A stretch of 64,000 bases of DNA from Tricharina praecox (Eukaryota), in NCBI RefSeq assembly GCF_024521635.1, contig NW_026250407.1, positions 806,001-870,000 of the forward strand. Direction: 5' to 3'. Every line of letters starts with the position of its first letter. Position 1 is the first letter of the stretch. The position numbers were made by a program, and so were the translations under genes. Shown piece after piece: positions 51,286-64,000 of the stretch. The notes under the pieces were generated by a model that was not told where the DNA came from, ran no database searches, and saw nothing but the letters and a program-made list of their open reading frames with translations.

Positions 51286-51330
51286 TTGGTTTTGGTTTCG
51301 GTTTCGGTTTTGGTTTTGGTTTTTTGGTTT
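51286..51330. repeat. (TTTYGG)n microsatellite
   Basis: tttggttttggtttcggtttcggttttggttttgg. Confidence 0.85.
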
Positions 51331-53350
51331 TTGCGGGGAAACGGGATCATACCGGTACTAGGGTGCTATGGGTGCTATAGAGTACATATATCGAGGTTGT
51401 GGACTGCGCGTCGCATGCTTGCATGCAAAAAAGCATGGGGAGGCATGGGGAGATGCATGTCATTTGCATGCAAGCAACTGTTCGCAAGCAACTCTCCCCT
51501 CGCTGCTCTCCATGCTGCTGCTCCCCATGTGAATAGGGTAGGGTAGGGCACGCCTGCCAGTGAGTGAAGAGTCAAGTGCGACGGAAGCTCGTGAAAATTG
51601 GAGATGTGTATAGTAGTCCTCTCATCCTGCCTGTCTGCCCGTTTGCGGCGTGGTGTGGAGGAGGGCGGAGCGTGGCCGGAGAGGAGGGGATATCGATATG
51701 GGTATACGTATACGTATCCGCAGATCGGCCCAGTGCGAGCGTAGGACTCGGGACTCGGGACTCGGGACTCATGAGTGGGTTAGGGCCAGTAATGCGGGGA
51801 TTGGCACGGGTTGGCACGGGCCGGGTCGGCGTGTAACTACGGGATGCTCCAGCCGCTGGGAGTACGGCCAGGCACGCAGCATCACTCGCCCACAAAGGTT
51901 TTGTGTCAGATCGGGGGATGCTCCCACGGAGGCCCGACTGAAGTGGATCAAGGCTCAAGCAGTGAGATGAAGCCTGCTCCCTGCATTCTTCGGACGGACC
52001 GGTGGGGGGGCTCATCTCTAGACGTCCCTTCCGAACTCCGATTGATGCCGATTCACGGACTCTTGTGGGGTTACGCATCTATCCATCCGGAGACACATAC
52101 TGGTAGATTCGGGAGATATACATACATATTTCGTGCCTGAAGCATATTTAATGTATGCACCTAGTGGGCTGCGGTGCACGAAGAAACCGCATCATGTACC
52201 TAGGGCATGTTACAGCCTACATACATGCCAGTGGTTCCCACCCTATATAGTGCGGCCAGTGTATATACAATAAGTTTACAGAGTTGTCTGGGGATCCGGG
52301 GGCAGTCGTGCTCCAACCTCCGGGACGGGGGTGCCGCAGGCTCCTTGGGAGTCTGTATGGCACCAGTATGGGAAGGCCTTTAGAAAAGACCACCCCAGAA
52401 CTCTCTACACCGCTTGTCGGTATATATCGAGGGGATTACCGGTATTCCACGGCCTTGGTGTGGTAGGTAGAGTACCTACATACACGCGGGCGCTTGACGG
52501 CCGGGAGACGGCGTGAGGGGAAAGACTACCCGGCGCACCATCGGCAATATGACCGGCGCTTTTCGGGAGTAAGAGGGTTATGGTAAGGCCTTGGTGTGGT
52601 ACCAGCGGGTGCTTGACGGCTGAGAAGGCCCTCGGAAGTCGGGAATGGCCAGCCGAACACTCCAGTTTTGTTATTTTTGCGGCCCATTCATCTCTCGCGT
52701 CAGACCCTACTCTTGCCACTTGGAAGTTGGGGGAGTGGAACACCGGACTGCGAGATCTCGATTTTTTGGGGGGCGGAGTGTAGCGCTGGAAAGTATTCGT
52801 AATAGATATTCGCACTTCTTCCTACATACTGTGCAGAGTGCAGCGTGCAGTTCGAGGGTGGGAGAGTAAAAAGAAAAAACCGTTGTTTCCTGCCAGACGG
52901 ATATTGATACATATCGTATCAGGGCAGAAAAAACACCACACCTTCATCGAGTTCCACTTTTCACTGGCTTCTCTACATTGATACGGAGTAGAGTAGGCAG
53001 AGTAAAGGAGGGGATTGGAAAAGTAGAGCGGTGGGCGATTGAAGGCTCTGCCTCGATCTACTTGATGTTTGAGCAGGTGATCTATGTGCATATTTCAAGC
53101 AACCCTCCCGAGCATGGGTGCGGTGGGCTGAAGACTCTCGAGTCGGGAGATCTGATTTCTGTGGTGGTGTGAGTAGTGTGAAGACAGGGGCACTCGGACC
53201 TAGCCTGCTGCGCGTCAACTCTAATCCTTCCACCGCTTCACGTGAAGTGAAGTCTTCAGCGGTGGCAGCAACCACGGACCAGCGCGAAAAAAAAAACCCC
53301 CAATCGCGAAACCCACGGGACGGAAAGTAACGGCTACCCACGACGCGACG

Positions 53351-54554
53351 ATGGCGGATTCAGATATCATAACCATAGCCGCCCCAGCAACAGAACCGTT
53401 AGCAGTCCCGTCCGAACCCGAAAATGAAGAAGCCGAAGAAGACCTCCTCTCGACCCTCTGCCCGTACTGCAACACTACACCGCCAATCTACACATGTCCT
53501 GCCTGCTTCGCGCGCAGCTGCTCGGTGGCCTGCAGCAAGAAACACAAGATGTACCGTCAGTGTAGCGGCATCCGCGACCCGACCGCTTTCGTCAAGCGCA
53601 GTAAGCTCATGACCGAGGGCGGCGTGAATAGAGACTTTGCGTTTTTGACGGGGGTTGAGAGGGGGATAAAACGGCCGATTGAGATGGCTGCGGACGGGGA
53701 AGGGGACGCGGAAGTAGAGGGAGGCGATGCGGGGAAAGTGGAGGGGGGGAAGAGGCAGAAAGATAGGATTGAACATCTGCTGTCACAGAGGGGGACGGTG
53801 GTGAAGTGGGCGCCGTGGGAGGGATTTGGGAGAGCGAAGGAGAATCGGACGAGGGTGGTGTAAGTCACGATAAGGGGGGTGAGGGGGTTTCATGGAGATG
53901 AGCTTGCTAATGGATCGCAGACGACCGAATAAACGCAAGCCCCCCCACATCGTGTGGACGATAGAATGGACACTCCTCTCCGAAGGCTCCCCCGAGAATT
54001 GCCGCTTCCTTGACCATGATGTTTCCGAAAACAGCGGTGTGGCTTTCGCTTTCTTCAATCCTGCCAACACACCGGACACAACGCGGAATGAGGCGGTGAA
54101 GAAAAGCGAGACGGAGTTTTATCTCGTCCTTGAGGCGCCGGCGAATAAGAAGCACTGTATCTGTCTGGATCCGGGGAAGCCATGGTCCGAGAACCTGAGG
54201 GAGCGCACGATGCTAGAGTTCCCACAGGTGTTGGTCACGGCGGGGACCCAGGGAGAGGGACCACAGGGGTGGGAGGTCCTGCCTGATGAGAGGAAGATTG
54301 TGGAGCTGCCAGTGGACAATGATGAAAAGAGCAAAGGCAAGCCGCGGAAGCGCATTGGCAAAGAGGATCCCGCTTCTGAGAATCCCGTGCTTGATCCTGT
54401 GGTACCAGGCGACGACACCGCGAAGGAGGGGGCAGTCAAGACTTCATCAGGGGGGTTAATAGAAGTGCCGACGGTGGAGAAGAGGAAGCTTCCAGATGAC
54501 GAAATCGACATGTCGGCCACATTGGAAGCCATAAAGAAAGCACGGAAAGTATAA
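53351..54554 (+). CDS. BCD1: Box C/D snoRNP assembly factor Bcd1/ZNHIT6 (1 intron)
   Basis: zf-HIT CPYC..YTCPAC..CSVACSKKHK..CSGIRDP, NRDFAFL, WTIEW, LEFP. Confidence 0.88.
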
Positions 54555-54951
54555 CTTGACGGTGTTGGCGTTGTTTGTTTTTTGTCCACCATGGGGGCGA
54601 GCTTCATAGATATCAAAATGTATAATAGTCGGATACTCGAGCTTTGCATCCTTCGGTGCGCCACTTTTCCCTGGGTGATTGCAAAACGGTGTGGCTTAAT
54701 CGTAAAACCCCTAATCTCTTGTGGTGGGCTCAGCTCAAGTTTATCTCAGGGCAGAACCCCAGATTCCACAGACCGTCACACTGTGGGCTAGCCGCATTAG
54801 GATGGTGTATTGTAAGCCCCCACACAAACTTTCGACTTTGGCGATTTCCTCTCGTAGCAACCTCGACGACGACAATCAACCCCCGACGCCACGACTTACG
54901 ACCTCTAGCGATCGACGCTGTCCATTCCTCGACACACCGCCTTTCCGCTAA

Positions 54952-55115
54952 GTATGTGCAAATCAGCTCTGGAGGATATGCAGGAGGGAACGGATGGAAT
55001 CGCGAAATCTCGAACTGCACAGCCCGCTTTCTCGAATCTCGAATTCCATTTCTTCTCGACTCGACCCACCCCAGTACAGACAGAGAAGGATACAGTGGGC
55101 TAATACGCGACATAG
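54952..55115 (+). other. Predicted 5'-UTR intron of RPS8
   Basis: GTATGT donor at 54952, GCTAAT branch at about 55099, TAG ending at 55115, 14 nt before the ATG. Confidence 0.7.
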
Positions 55116-55129
55116 TCACATAATCGACA

Positions 55130-55983
55130 ATGGGTATCTCCCGCGACAGCCGTCACAAGCGCGCCGCTACTGGTGCGAAGCGCTCGCACTACCGCAAGAA
55201 GCGTGCCTTCGAGCTCGGTCGCCAGTCCGCCGTTACCCGTATCGGTCCCAAGCGTGAGTGTTCCTGAGCAGCTGGACCTCACCATAACCCCTTCTCCACT
55301 GTTCATCTTGCTTTCGGGCGATTTGTTCATGAGAAGGAGGCCTCCCCGCCTCTGGCTTCTCTGATAAGAGAAGCCATGCGGGTTGGTAGTACCACTTTGT
55401 TGGGAATCATTCGGCTCATTCTCAACTTTTAGGCGTTCACATTGTCCGCACTCGTGGTGGAAACCGCAAGTTCCGTGGTCTCCGTCTGGACTCCGGTAAC
55501 TTCTCGTGGGGTTCTGAGGGTATCTCCAAGAAGACCCGTGTCATCGCCGTCGCGTACCATCCTTCCAACAACGAGCTCGTCCGTAAGTTTTGCGCCGGGA
55601 GCCAGTCAAGGATGATTGCAGGATGCTGATATTATGATACAGGAACCAACACCCTGACTAGGTCCGCCATCGTCCAGATCGATGCCGCTCCTTTCCGTCA
55701 GTGGTACGAGGCTCACTACGGTACCCTCCTCGGTAAGAGACGTGGACAGAAGGCTCAGGATGCTGCCGCCGCCGCCGAGGCTGTGCCCAAGTCCAAGTCA
55801 GTCGAGAAGAAGATCACCGCCCGCCAGCCCGGTGCCAAGGTCGACTCCGCCCTTGAGTCCCAGTTCGCTGCTGGTCGTCTGTTGGCCTGTGTCTCTTCGC
55901 GCCCCGGCCAGTCCGGGCGTGTTGATGGATACATCTTGGAGGGTGATGAGCTCTCTTTCTACCAGCGTGCCCTCAAGAAATAA
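55130..55983 (+). CDS. RPS8: 40S ribosomal protein eS8 (2 coding-region introns)
   Basis: [67 protein letters not shown]. Confidence 0.97.
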
Positions 55984-56307
55984 ATAAATCTACGTTCGGG
56001 GGTTTCTTTTTGTTTGGTAGTTAGGAAAAAGTCCGGGAGTTTTCTTTTTATACTAGCGACCGTGAATCACCGAATACCTACGCCATTCTACACCTCTCAT
56101 GCCGCATTATTGTGATGCATGCAGAAAAAAGTACGAACGAGATCCTGTGTATCGGCCATGAGAACACGGTTCTTCCATGTAACTACTAGTGTCAAGGTGG
56201 CTAGCACCACCTGGGGCACTTCTCCAGAGTGTCTGGCGGCTCAACGATAATTGCCAGCTCAGCATCCCCCTTTTTCACCACCACAACCACACAACCACAA
56301 CAAAATA

Positions 56308-58140
56308 ATGCCACCAAAGCGGAAATTTGAAGGAGAGCCCTATGGGACTATTGAGGCTCGGATTCAAGAGGCCATCGCCGCTCTGAAGGAGCGAGGAGAG
56401 GAAACTCCAAACATCGCAGCAGCAGCGCGGGAGTTCGAGGTTCCAGCACAAAGACTACGGAGTCGATGGAACGGGTGCCAATCGAAGAGTGACCGACCCG
56501 GAAGTGGTAAAAAGCTTTCCGGCGATCAGGAACGTGCTGTTTGCCTGTATATGGAGCGTTTGGATAAGATCGGGACGTGTGCGCGCAAGAAGATGGTTAC
56601 CAGCTGTGCGGATGCGATCCTGGCGCGCGCGCATGATGACCCCCATACTCGGCCGCCCGTTGTCGGTGGTGCCTGGACGAAAAGGTTTCTTGAGCGGCAT
56701 CCGGAATGTGTGGTCCGACAGAAGAATACTACGGATGTCAACGGCAGAAATGATCACGATCCGGAAGGTGTCCGCAAGTGGTTTGCCGAGTTCAGGAAGA
56801 TATGCGATCAATACGGTATTCAGCCGAGGGACATCTACAACTTTGACGAGACTGGGTTCCGCATTGCCATCGGGGAAGATCAGTGGACTGTCACGCGGGA
56901 CCCAGACCGGCAAGCGTATCTCCACAATCCGACAGTTCGAGAACTCGTCACTGTGTGCGAAACCATCAGCGCTGATGGCGACGCACTGCCGCCCATGATC
57001 ATCCTTCCGAGCGCCCTCGACCAAGGACAGTGGTACACCAATCTTCCCGACGACTATCTTGTGGGTGTCTCGGCTACGGGATACTCCAACGATGAACTGA
57101 GCATGGACTGGCTCAAGCATTTCGACCGGTTCTCAGCTCAGCGGTGTCTCGGCGCATACCGGCTTCTCCTCCTGGACGGCGACGGTTCGCACTGCACCAT
57201 GGAATTTGTCGACCGTTGCGACGAGCACAATATTATCCCGTTCTGCCTGCCACCGCACACTTCCCACCTACTGCAACCACTAGATGCGGTTGTATTCCAG
57301 CCCTACCAGCATAATCATGACTCGGCCCAGGCAGTTGATGCCTTGACCCGCACGGTGTTCGTTCAGTACGCCAAAGCGGAATTCCTCTCCGCGATCCACT
57401 CAATCCGCCTTCAAACATTCCATCCTCCCACCGCCATCATCTCAGCATTCCGCAAAACCGGCCTGGTACCGTACAACCCCTCGGTTGTCCTGACAAAAAT
57501 GCACGAAGCCGCCTCTGCCTGTGCTGCTACACCGTCCACGTCACCGCGGGCCTCGCCAGAACCGCCAACAACACCACTCACAGTCCGCGCGCTGAAGCGG
57601 CAAGCTGCAGATGTGCTGCTTGACGCAGCTGCTCGCGATATCTCGCCAGGCTTCCGGCACAGCCTCGAGGCGGCGCTCAAAGGCGCCTTGGTGCTCGCGC
57701 AGGCTGGAGAGCAGGCGTTCTCCGATCTTGCCATGAAGCAAAGGGAGAGGGAGAGGGAGGAGGAGGAGGAGGAGGAAGGAGCCTAGGGAGCTCAGAAGCG
57801 CGCAAGGAAGGCGCAGCGGAAGCAATTCCTTGATGAGGTCAGGAGAAAAAGGAAGGAGATCAGGGACCGATGTGCGAAGAGGAGGACCGCTTGGAAGACA
57901 GTGTTTTCGGAGCTTAGAAAGGTTGGAAAAGCGAGAGCGAGAGCGCGAGAGAGGGTGTCCGCTGGTGCTGGTGCTGGTGTCCGCTGCTGCTGCCGGTGCG
58001 CGCGTTCGTTTTGTTTATCCAAAGAGGAAAACCGCTTGGCCGGTTGTTTTTTCCGAACTCCGGATGGTTGGAAGAGTGCGGGAGCGGAAGCGAGAGAAGA
58101 GGAAGAAATTGAGGGTTTTCCCTTTGTGGTAGTTACATAG
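56308..58140 (+). mobile_element. Fot1/pogo-family (Tc1/mariner) transposase, interrupted by an in-frame TAG at 57784-57786
   Basis: HTH (IAAAAREFEVP), CENP-B-type HTH (WTKRFLERHP), triad NFDETG / LLLDGDGSH / LQPLD; reading frame stays open after the stop until 58140. Confidence 0.9.
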
Positions 58141-58584
58141 GTAGAGTTGTGGTGGTGGAAAAGGGAGTGGGGTGCGGGGTGCTCAGCGGGCTCAGGGCTG
58201 TAATCGAAACGGGTTGGGTTGGGTTGGGTTGTCTCCGGCTGGGATTGTGGGAACTGGGAACTGGGAACTGGTGGCCGCGGATTATACCCAGGAGCGTGGG
58301 TGGCCGCGGGGTGTAAAGCAGTGAGAGCGAGAGCGGGTGCATCCTCAGCACTACCAGGAGGTAGGTATGTCGAGTGGTTCTCAAGGGAGCTGGGTGAACT
58401 TACCACTGACCAGTAGGTGTAGGGGTGAATACGCTCCGTACCGTGCTGCCTTCTGGCGGTGGATACGGTTCAGAACTTCGGAGAGGTCGGAAATACATCG
58501 TACTATGTATTAGATGTGTAGTTGAGACGGCAATCCGCTCGTGCGGTTTGTTTGGATGCCGGTTGAAACTACTCGGACTGCAGC

Positions 58585-58619
58585 ATGGAGTGGAGTGGAG
58601 TGGAGTGGAGTGGAGTGGA
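58585..58619. repeat. (TGGAG)n pentamer microsatellite
   Basis: About 7 tandem tggag units. Confidence 0.9.
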
Positions 58620-60091
58620 CAAGGCCCTGATAATACTTATACCGTTGATCTTGTCGGTACTCGGCGGAGGGACGGGGCCGACCCTTAGACGAATCACAGG
58701 GAAGCAGCGAGACGGGGCACGGTAAATAGTGGAGGGAGGCATGGCTGCTCGAGGCTAGGATGTATGATGTGCCGCTTCGGAGCTTCCAATGTTGATGGGA
58801 GCTCTGCCTTGAATAGGTACTAGCAGAGTAGAGTAGAGTGGAATACAGCTTCAAGTTTCAACAGTACCTCTCACTCAAAACCGCAGCTTGCCTGGCACCA
58901 GGTAGATGGCCAGCCCACTGCCCACTGCCCAGCACCGTAGTTATCTCCAGCCTCCAGCCTCCATCCTTCCTCCTTCCTCCAGCCTTCATCCTTCACCATG
59001 TGTGCCCCACAGTGATGTACAGGACATCTTTTCGCTGTCCAAAGGTCCGCCGAGAGCTCCAAGCTCCACCTCCACCAAGACATCCACCAAGACCTCCACC
59101 AAGACCTCGGGACTCAGGACTCGGGACTCGTGAGCAAGCTATGCTCCTCCAGCCTCCCGGAGTTCCTGATTGCACGTGACAGAGCCAGCGACGACGGCAC
59201 GTCTAACGTCAAGCCCGCTTGGAACATGCACGAGGCAGGTATCCAAGCTCTCCGAGTACAGCTCTTAGCAGCCGTCGAAACCGGACTACCGAGGGCTGTG
59301 ACTGTGACGGTAACAGTGAGGTTGGTTAGTTGTGTGTTTTGCATCACCGTTGTTGTCGTCATCGTTGTAGTTGTGCGAATGGAACCTCACAAAAGATCAC
59401 GAGTGACACAGTTAAGTAGCTCCAGCCTCCCGTTTGTACTCTTTAGGGCAAAACCAATGGTATATCTGGAGTCAGTCTCAAATGTTCCAAGGCCATGTGC
59501 TATTGGTGGAACTTGGAAGGAGCTGTTGGGATTGAGTGAAATCAGTGGATTTTCCAAGGACACTTTCGGTCTGCACCAGGTATCTGGATGATCTCTTGAC
59601 CTCTGGTGAATTTCCAAGGACGCCTTCAGTCTGCGCCATCTAGATGATCTCTTGGAACTCACTCGCGAATGGCTCGAGTCAGGTCCATCATGTCATGTCC
59701 CTTTGTGTTTCCCACGCGTGGAATGGATCACTCGAAGCACTCAAATCACAGAATCACTCGAATCCTTGGCTCCATCCGGTAGCATCATGAAGTTTAAACG
59801 GGAGGTATGATATTTCTGGCCAAATGGTGCGAGCGAGTGACTGACAACTTTTATTGACCGGTTCCGTCCATCGTGGAAACTCGGAATACAAGCAAGCACA
59901 TCCTCGCGACTCATTCCACGCTACCCAGCCTTGAACCCAAACAAGAAAAACGAAAAAACAAAAGGGAAAATGATATAGAAGTTTTATCATGTAAATCAAA
60001 ACGCCATTATTTTTTTGGTAGTCTGAGCGGGCTTCCAGCGGAGAATATATGAAATACCCGAAAACCCGGCACATCCACCCAACCTCTGCGC

Positions 60092-61867
<1,776 letters not shown>

Positions 61868-62349
61868 CTAAGGCCGAAAGCAAGCGGGACGACTGGAATT
61901 TATGTGGGAAGAAGGGGCGCTATACGGGAGAGAAAAGCGGGAAACCCGAAGGCTGAAGTGGAAGGAGGCTTTTTTTTTCTTTCTTTCTGCAGGCAGACGT
62001 GGTTGTCTTCTCAGCTCAGCTCCAGGTGAGACACGGATGCAGATGCTGTTGGTTTCTACGGGGCGAATTGCAGGGCAAGAATGGGGACAAAGCGGGATAT
62101 GTAGGTGCGAGGAGATGTTGTTGTTCGTATGGGGGCCGGTGATATGGGGTATGATGGGGTTACAAGGGAGGATGAGGATGAGGATAGGAATTGAGGGTTT
62201 CAACGGACCTGTAGCGGGGCGGGTTCTTATAGAAGCCTGTTGTATTGGCGTGGTATGAGGGGATGGCAGCTGTGTTGGTGGTGGTGGTGGAGTGGTGGTG
62301 GTTGCAGTTGTGGAGAGAGTTAGAGGAGGAGGGGAGAGAGTTAACGGCG

Positions 62350-62358
62350 ATGACTCTT
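62350..62358. promoter_or_regulatory. Gcn4/CpcA-like site upstream of homocitrate synthase
   Basis: ATGACTCTT about 555 bp upstream of the ATG. Confidence 0.45.
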
Positions 62359-64000
62359 TTTTTTATTCGGTTGGCCAGAGTGCTCTAGCTGGCTGGCATC
62401 AATGGGATTGAGGTTTTGTGGAGGTGAAAAACGAGCAAAACACCAGCCACAGCGCAAGAAATTCGAACAGTCAGAACCTGCGGGGGGTGGGGGGGCAGGT
62501 CGCAGGCATCTGAGATCTCGCCTCTTCTGCTTTTGTCACCCGTGAGATTTTTCTGTCTAGGTTTTTTTCTCTTTCTTTTTTTTCTTTTTTTCTTTTTTTC
62601 TTTCGGATATAGGCCATGCTCCATATGGACGGACGGCCAATCGCCGTGGCTGCCGAGTGCTGATTCCCCGCCTTTTCGCATCGATAGGGCTAGGTTAGGT
62701 TCCCCATGCACGGAGCACGTACATATCGTAAAGTGTTCGCTATTTGTGGCTGTCGTGTGTCTCTGTCTCTTCTGCAGGACCCAGGTGGGATACCTGCCAC
62801 CGTGCTGATGAGAGAACGCGATACATATGGTTACCCAAGTCAGTCCTGTACTCTGCCGTAGAGTATCGTACATACTCCACAGATCCCCTTCCGGCGTGTC
62901 GGCGTCCATAAGGGCCAGCTCCATCCTGCTCCTGGGTCCCGCCCCTGTAGATGGACGATGCGCTGGGCGGGTAGAGTAGGTACTTGCTTATGTGGTTATG
63001 TACCTACATCCAACCCCTGGGGAGTGGGGACAGCCTCTGCGCAAAGGCGAACATATGTAGGTACGCCACGCTGCGGACAACCCAATCCAATCATATGTAG
63101 AGACAGAGTGCGGATCCGCCTTGAACCGTAGGTGTCTCCATACATATTCCCCTCTGGATGCCTCGCCTCGCAACATCAGCTCCCGTGCAGATGTTGGTGA
63201 TCGAACAGAGCAGGTCTACCAGGCGAGGGTGCGTGGAAACTGGAAAGTACGGTAGGTAACAGGTATGAGGTATAAGGTGTGTACCTACTTTTACTCACCC
63301 ACTACGTAGGAACTATTCTAGCTCAGGCACCGACGTGGGCACAGCAATAGTCACGGTACGACGGCAATGGGCATAGGCGGATGTCGCGAGTGAGCATGCG
63401 ATGAGCTCCTGTGGCTGGTGCAATGGCCCCGCACTGCGCAGTGTCAATCCCGAGGATAATCTCCTCCTCCTCCAAGGCCCATGGCCCCAGTAAAACTCCT
63501 CGTCGCGGATCGCCGGTGGGCACTCTATGCATCATGAAAAGAAAAAGAAAGAAGAAGAGAAAAAAACCCCAGCTGTGTGTCCGATCAGTGAGAACGCTGT
63601 TTGTTCTGCAGCCCATCGCGAGATGCTTGCAACTTGCACCGCTTACAAACTGCGGCTCGCGCTAACCAGACTTAGTTCCAAATACGGTGCGGCCAAGAAG
63701 GTTTTACAAAATCCCAACTCGTGTGTAATAATTACTAATCCGCGCAAGTTTCCAAGCCTCACAACTGGCGCCGAGGATGCGCATAACCCACTGCCGAAGT
63801 CCCGGTCCGTGTCGATTGAGCTCGGCATGTAGAGTGAGTGCGCTTCGTACCTTGCTCGTGTGCTCACCCTGTGTCGCTGCCACCGGGTGAGCCTGTCTGT
63901 CTGTGCGACACTAGGCATATCCGGCCCGGTCATTCGAGAATCACTCGCTCAACCGTTCGTAAAGTGGTTTGTCCCGCCATTTGCCCTGTAACCGGTCCGT

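Noticed and set aside
55111..55120. Homol-D-like TAGTCACA at RPS8
   Set aside because: Overlaps the 3' splice site of the predicted UTR intron, so it is unlikely to be a promoter element.

Overview
Gene-dense, intron-rich genomic DNA from a filamentous ascomycete (short GT-AG introns with CTAAC/CTGAC branch points; a Pezizomycetes origin is plausible but cannot be proven from sequence alone). It holds about 26 housekeeping genes, many in head-to-head pairs: a truncated tandem-CCCH zinc-finger gene, LTO1, MOB1, CUS1/SF3B2, the microprotein ATG44 (mitofissin, absent from the ORF track), RPC2, RPN7, RSM24, MRPS9, ATP4, CWC23, NOP7, CDC50, SER3, FOL2, SLX1, RIO2, RPL25, SWP1, TTC27/EMW1, SNU114, ERG8, the cys-3/metR bZIP, BCD1, RPS8 and homocitrate synthase. 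The accessory part (44-64 kb) contains a 1.62-kb non-autonomous element with CCC-terminated inverted repeats and a TAT target-site duplication, a Fot1/pogo transposase interrupted by one in-frame TAG, and several minisatellites. I found no convincing multi-gene novel system. The best leads are the TIR element, the TTC27-SNU114 divergent pair, two recurring promoter motifs, the long metR leader and a GC-AG intron in RPN7. Gene identities rest on remembered family motifs, not database searches. Exon boundaries were read by eye.
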